Shown here: piece by piece, positions 59,452 through 64,000 of the stretch
How positions within the stretch are numbered: position 1 is the stretch's first letter
Layout of the letters: every line of letters starts with the position of its first letter
Assembly (NCBI GenBank): GCA_030668825.1
Contig: DAOVET010000001.1
Location: forward strand, 32,001-96,000
DNA from: Candidatus Heimdallarchaeota archaeon
GTDB lineage: Archaea > Asgardarchaeota > Heimdallarchaeia > Heimdallarchaeales > Heimdallarchaeaceae
Direction: 5' to 3'
DNA length: 64,000 bases
Position numbers and translations under genes: made by a program
The notes under the pieces: generated by a model
Databases searched by the model: none
What the model saw: the letters and a program-made list of their open reading frames with translations, nothing else
What the model was told of the DNA's origin: nothing

Positions 59452-60429
59452 TTAGCAAATTTCTGTTGGCCATTCTTCATCCTTATACCAATAGGGTTTT
59501 CTTATCATTCCAAAAGCGTTGTGAGCTGCAATTGCCCCCTGAGCTACTGCAATAACAATCAATTGATATTTTGAAGCAATATCTCCTATAGCAAAGACTC
59601 CAGGAACGTTTGTTCTCATCTCTCTATCAACAAGTACATATTTTCCATCTGTTTCTAAGCCGATTTCTTCAAAAATCTCTAAACTAGTTTTTAGACCAAC
59701 AGCTAAAACACATTTATCAATTTCTACAACCTTTTCTTCTTTTGTTTCAACTTGTTCAAGTATTGCTTTTTCTAAGTTTTCTTCACCCTCTAAAGCTTTC
59801 AATTGATGTAAGTAGATTATTTCTGCTAAATCATTGTCTACGATTTCCTGAACTGTTGTTTCAGCTGCTCTGAAACTATCTCTTCGGTGACACAGATAGA
59901 TCTTTTTAGCTAAACCTGAAATTGTTCTAACAGCATCAATAGCTGTATCTCCTCCACCAACAACTAGAACGGTGCTTCCTTTGAAGCGATCAGGATCTGT
60001 AACGAAATTGTACAATCCTCTATCTTTTCTTTTGAACTTATTTTCTCCTGGAACACCTAATTCAGCAGGTCTTGAACCAGTAGCAATAACTATACTTCTA
60101 AAATTATAGCTGCTTTCATTTGTTACGATTGTGAGAGCATCATCCTTTTTCTCAACTTTAACAACTCTCTCGTCAATAATTTCGGCATCTACTTCTTTAG
60201 ATTGAATAACAAATTCATCAATTAGTCTTTTTGCCAAAATACTAGGGTTACCTGGATAATTTTCAACTATTTTTCGACCATAAAGTGTAGTAACTATACC
60301 ACCCAACCTACCTCCTTCAAAGACAGTTACTTTAAGTCCTTTATAGGCAGCAATGATAGCACAACCCATACCACCTACTCCCCCACCTACGATCCCAAGA
60401 TCTCCATGAAACATATCATCTGATGACAT
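59452..60429 (-). CDS. Thioredoxin-reductase-fold flavoprotein lacking CxxC (ferredoxin-NADP+ reductase-like)
   Basis: GGGVGG, VENYPG, IATGS, GGGDTA, HRRDSFRA, TNVPGVFAIGD; YNFVTD where TrxR has CxxCD. Confidence 0.85.
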   Translation of the reverse strand: MSSDDMFHGDLGIVGGGVGGMGCAIIAAYKGLKVTVFEGGRLGGIVTTLYGRKIVENYPGNPSILAKRLIDEFVIQSKEVDAEIIDERVVKVEKKDDALTIVTNESSYNFRSIVIATGSRPAELGVPGENKFKRKDRGLYNFVTDPDRFKGSTVLVVGGGDTAIDAVRTISGLAKKIYLCHRRDSFRAAETTVQEIVDNDLAEIIYLHQLKALEGEENLEKAILEQVETKEEKVVEIDKCVLAVGLKTSLEIFEEIGLETDGKYVLVDREMRTNVPGVFAIGDIASKYQLIVIAVAQGAIAAHNAFGMIRKPYWYKDEEWPTEIC

Positions 60430-60532
60430 AAGAGCTGAAAATCGTTCTTATTAATAATCTTTATGAACTCGACATGTTTGGAGTAATAAAATAATAACCT
60501 TGTAGGATTAATTTTCCTCTAATTGTTGAGAA

Positions 60533-61360
60533 GTGGTCGTTTTGGAAAACAAATATGCTCAGAATTTGGAATTTTATAACGATTCTCCTGTTTGTATTTT
60601 GATTTTTCATGGACTATCTGCTACTCCTTTTGATATGAAACATCTAGCAGAATCGCTTTCGAAACAAGGATATGATGTATTCGTGCCAATAATACCTTAT
60701 CATGGAATTTCTTTTGACCATCTTCTTGAGCTAAAAGACCCCACAGAACTTTATGAATGGGGAAAGGCATTAATTTTTCAAAAAAAACAAGAATATGATA
60801 AGCTTATTGTTCTTGGGTTCTCTTTAGGGGCAGGGATGACTTTTGTAGCTGAGACTAGTAATCCAACAGCTGATGCTTATATCGGGATAAGCACTGGCGG
60901 AATATTCTCTTGGATGTTAAGGTTGTTCTCATTTGTCTATAGGTTCATTAAAATCAAATCAATTCCTTTTTCTTTACCAAGTGACTACGACAAAACGTTG
61001 GTTGATGAAGAATATCTAGAATGGAAAATGGAAAATATGAACAAAATGCCAATGAGCATTTTGGTCCATGCAGTTCGTCATTCCAAGCATTTGAAGAAGG
61101 TAGTTAACAAACTAGTTACGCCTGTTTTAATCATTAATGGAGTCAAAGACTTGACAACTAGTAAGAAAGCTACTACTTATGTTGTTAAGAATGCTTCTTC
61201 AAAAATAAGGAAAGGATTTCTTGTGAAGGGTGGTGGTCATTTGCTCCTGAGTACTGGATTTTTTGACATAATTTTTGAAGAAATAATAACTTTCATCCAT
61301 CAAGTTCTAGAAAATGATCAAAAAGAAGTTGAATATCTAGGAGAACTCTCTCTAAAATAG
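60533..61360 (+). CDS. Alpha/beta hydrolase (carboxylesterase-like)
   Basis: FHGL, GFSLG nucleophile elbow, GVKD, GGH. Confidence 0.88.
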   Translation: MVVLENKYAQNLEFYNDSPVCILIFHGLSATPFDMKHLAESLSKQGYDVFVPIIPYHGISFDHLLELKDPTELYEWGKALIFQKKQEYDKLIVLGFSLGAGMTFVAETSNPTADAYIGISTGGIFSWMLRLFSFVYRFIKIKSIPFSLPSDYDKTLVDEEYLEWKMENMNKMPMSILVHAVRHSKHLKKVVNKLVTPVLIINGVKDLTTSKKATTYVVKNASSKIRKGFLVKGGGHLLLSTGFFDIIFEEIITFIHQVLENDQKEVEYLGELSLK

Positions 61361-61439
61361 ATGAATTTACATTTTCAACGAATTTTTCTTATTTTGTGTT
61401 AAACCTAACACAAGAATAGTTAATAATTCACAAATAGTA

Positions 61440-61455
61440 TACTTTAGCTAAAGTA
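61440..61455. promoter_or_regulatory. Perfect 16-bp palindrome TACTTTAGCTAAAGTA upstream of the DUF3160 gene
   Basis: Ends 11 bp before ATG 61467. Confidence 0.45.
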
Positions 61456-61466
61456 CAGGGATATTA

Positions 61467-63653
61467 ATGGCAATGTTCAGTAAAAAAATCATAGTAATTG
61501 CAAGTACTAGCTTGTGTGGTGTTCTTGCTATAACAGGTCTTTTAATTTCTTTACCTTATATTATGAATCCAAGGGAAAAAATAGATTTTCACCCAGATCC
61601 ACTGCTAGATGGAACAGCATCTACTTACCAAATCAAAGAAACAGTTAGTACTTCGTTTGGTTCTTATTCTCCTCTTCATATTGATATTACACCCAATATA
61701 AAACCAACAATAATTGGTAATAACTTGGGAAATGTAGACAAACAAGGACTAGAAGTTACTCCCCAGATGAAGGAATTCTTAGAAACGTTTGGTTTTGTGA
61801 TTGTTGATGAGGGATATGAAGATATCTATCACATTTATGAAGGAAAAGAAATTCCTAAGTTTATAACTACTGATTTATGCTTGCATGCTTATCATGTTCT
61901 TTATGATATTAGTTTGCGAATTTTAGAAGGAGAAAGGTTCTTCTTTGATTTCGAAACTATGTTACTAGCTCTTCGAGATGCTCAAATTGCACTTAACTCA
62001 ACAGCTTCAGAAATATCTGTTCAAGAAGCATTAAACAAAAATGTTGCCTATCTTTCTGTCATGCTTTATCTTCTTAATGAGACTAGTACAATTCCAGTAG
62101 AAGTTGAAGCACTAACAATTGCAGAACTTACCCTGATGAATGATAGTGTAAGAGATTATTCAGCTATATTTGGATATGAGGAAGATTATACTCAGTATAA
62201 AGTAAGGGGGCATTATACTAGAAATGAACTTCTTGGGAATTATTTCAAAGCGATGATGTATGCTGGAAGAATGAGTTTTCTTACCCAAAGTCCTCAGGGA
62301 GACCCAGAAATGGGTATCAATCATACAAGGATGGCACTTCTGCTTATTTCAAGTTTCAATGAGACAATTTCAACTTCTAATGTTTGGGAATATTGGGATC
62401 GTATTTACGAGCCAACTGTCTTTTATGTAGGTGCAAGTGATGATCTTACAGCTGAGGAATACTATCAAATATGGCAAAATAATGGTGCTCCTTCTGGTGA
62501 TGCATTGTCAGAAAGAAGCTTAATTGAAGTAATAATCGAGGAGATTCAGTCTTATAGAAAACCAAAAATCAACTCTATGTTTGTTTATGATGATCAAGAA
62601 GTAGGAAACGTCACACAGGGATTCAGATTTATGGGTCAACGATTTATTCCTGATTCTTATATTTTCCAACAACTTGTCCATGATGAAGTATATAACAGAT
62701 TTATGCCTACCGGATTAGATGTTTTTTCTGTTTTTGGAAGCCCAAGAGCTGATTATTTTATGGAAAATGAAAATCAGCTTTATCCTGGATATGATGAACA
62801 AATAAGCAAACTCAGACAGGAATTTGGTAATCTTACTGATTATGATTGGACACAGAATCTTTATTGGCTGTGGTTGTTTTCACTCTTCCCACTTCTTGAT
62901 CCAGCATCCGAAGGATATCCTGGATTTATGCTTAGTGATGCGTGGACTGACAAATCCTTAATGACAGCTTCAAGCTCTTGGGCAGAATTAAGACATGATA
63001 CAATTCTTTATGCTAAGCAATCTTATACTGTAGAAGCAGTAAGTATTCCAAAGACATATCCTGGTTATGTTGAGCCCTATCCTGAAGTTTATGCGAGACT
63101 TGCTAGTTTGGTAAGACTGATGATAAATGGATTAAGTGAAAGAGGTTTACTCCTTGAAAGTTTTGCTCTCAAACTTACAGAGATAGCAGAAGTCTTTGAG
63201 AATCTACAGATGATTAGCGTCAAAGAACTAGAAAATGAACCATTAACTGATCAAGATATTGGCTATATAAATGGCGTTGCTACAATTATAGAACGTCTAG
63301 CAAGTTATGATGATCCAGAATATGAAGAATGGGTTAGTGCTGCGGATGATAGGATGGCAGTAATAGCCGATGTACATACTGACCCAAATACAGGAATGGT
63401 CTTAGAGGTGGGAACTGGAAATCCTTTTGTTATTTATGTAATCGTTCAAGATCACAGAGGAAATCTTAGATTAGCAAGAGGAGGAACCTTTTCCTACTAC
63501 GAATTTGAACAACCTATGACAGAAAGATTAACCGATGAAGAATGGCAGGATATGTTAGACAATAACCCACCACCATTGCCTGAATGGATGATACTAACCA
63601 TGCCTTTTGCTTGTGTGAATGCTGTTTCACATGTATCAAGGAAAGAAAACTAG
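61467..63653 (+). CDS. DUF3160 domain membrane-anchored protein
   Basis: PKFITTD..LH.YH, DYTQYKVRGHYT, YFKAMMY.GR, FRFMGQRFIPDS, NLY..WL, SWAELRHDTILYAKQS, GYVEP, IADVHT, SYYEF. Confidence 0.9.
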   Translation: MAMFSKKIIVIASTSLCGVLAITGLLISLPYIMNPREKIDFHPDPLLDGTASTYQIKETVSTSFGSYSPLHIDITPNIKPTIIGNNLGNVDKQGLEVTPQMKEFLETFGFVIVDEGYEDIYHIYEGKEIPKFITTDLCLHAYHVLYDISLRILEGERFFFDFETMLLALRDAQIALNSTASEISVQEALNKNVAYLSVMLYLLNETSTIPVEVEALTIAELTLMNDSVRDYSAIFGYEEDYTQYKVRGHYTRNELLGNYFKAMMYAGRMSFLTQSPQGDPEMGINHTRMALLLISSFNETISTSNVWEYWDRIYEPTVFYVGASDDLTAEEYYQIWQNNGAPSGDALSERSLIEVIIEEIQSYRKPKINSMFVYDDQEVGNVTQGFRFMGQRFIPDSYIFQQLVHDEVYNRFMPTGLDVFSVFGSPRADYFMENENQLYPGYDEQISKLRQEFGNLTDYDWTQNLYWLWLFSLFPLLDPASEGYPGFMLSDAWTDKSLMTASSSWAELRHDTILYAKQSYTVEAVSIPKTYPGYVEPYPEVYARLASLVRLMINGLSERGLLLESFALKLTEIAEVFENLQMISVKELENEPLTDQDIGYINGVATIIERLASYDDPEYEEWVSAADDRMAVIADVHTDPNTGMVLEVGTGNPFVIYVIVQDHRGNLRLARGGTFSYYEFEQPMTERLTDEEWQDMLDNNPPPLPEWMILTMPFACVNAVSHVSRKEN

Positions 63654-63711
63654 TCAAAAAGTAAAAATATCAAATAATAATACTGTATACATTAGTTAAT
63701 TTGGGATTTAC

Positions 63712-64000
63712 ATGTTGGTACTGAATAAAAAGATGAAGATTATTGTTGGTTCAGGCATTATCATAATTTTGATTGCAGCAAGTTTGGGAATTGTTCTCCC
63801 CATAGTTATTAATCCAAAGATGACAATAAACTGGAATCCAGATCCTCTAATTGATGAAACAGCATCCACTTATCAAATTAAGGATTCAGTTTTAACGTCC
63901 TTTGGTTCTTATAATCCACTTCACCTAAATTTCACACCTTCTATCAAACCTACTCTAATAAAAAGTAATCTAAGGAATGTTGATATGCAAGATTTGATCA
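63712..64000 (+). CDS. Second DUF3160-type paralog, partial (runs off the window)
   Basis: Manual translation MLVLNKKMKIIVG...NPDPLIDETASTYQIKDSVLTSFGSYNPLH...IKPT..NL.NVD aligns with the N-terminus of 61467-63653. Confidence 0.85.
   Translation, partial: MLVLNKKMKIIVGSGIIIILIAASLGIVLPIVINPKMTINWNPDPLIDETASTYQIKDSVLTSFGSYNPLHLNFTPSIKPTLIKSNLRNVDMQDLI

Noticed and set aside
1-64000. CRISPR array or cas genes (TM0106 and TnpB resemble Cas4 and Cas12)
   Set aside because: No regularly spaced repeats seen and no cas1/cas2; the proteins fit non-Cas families.

Overview
AT-rich archaeal chromosome segment, most likely from an Asgard archaeon of the Heimdallarchaeia type. This is inferred from gatE/gatD, archaeal/eukaryotic-type coaD, two Rab-like small GTPases, Lhr and C-terminally anchored surface proteins. 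Left arm (1-11.5 kb): two stand-alone TnpB genes with a rearranged RuvC-II (the first frameshifted) flank a giant Lhr helicase, an AlkZ/HTH_42-like repeat protein and MEMO1. The main signal is a ~19.0 kb island (about 11.75-30.80 kb) inserted inside a Rab-like GTPase gene at or just after the G3 (DxxGQ) motif. The island appears to supply a replacement 3' half that keeps the gene intact, and the displaced half (77% aa identical) sits at the far end. A decayed piece of a different Rab, also starting at G3, lies just inside the right end. The island has no recognisable integrase. It carries defence-type nucleases (OLD, PD-(D/E)XK, truncated HNH and HsdR_N) and surface proteins, and its backbone segments show a strong strand-specific pyrimidine skew. 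The right half (31-64 kb) is mostly housekeeping and metabolic. It includes a tRNA-His with eukaryote-like identity elements (A73, no encoded G-1), a circularly permuted ABC substrate-binding protein and an orphan MutY-like 3' fragment. All calls come from motif reading by eye; no database searches were run.
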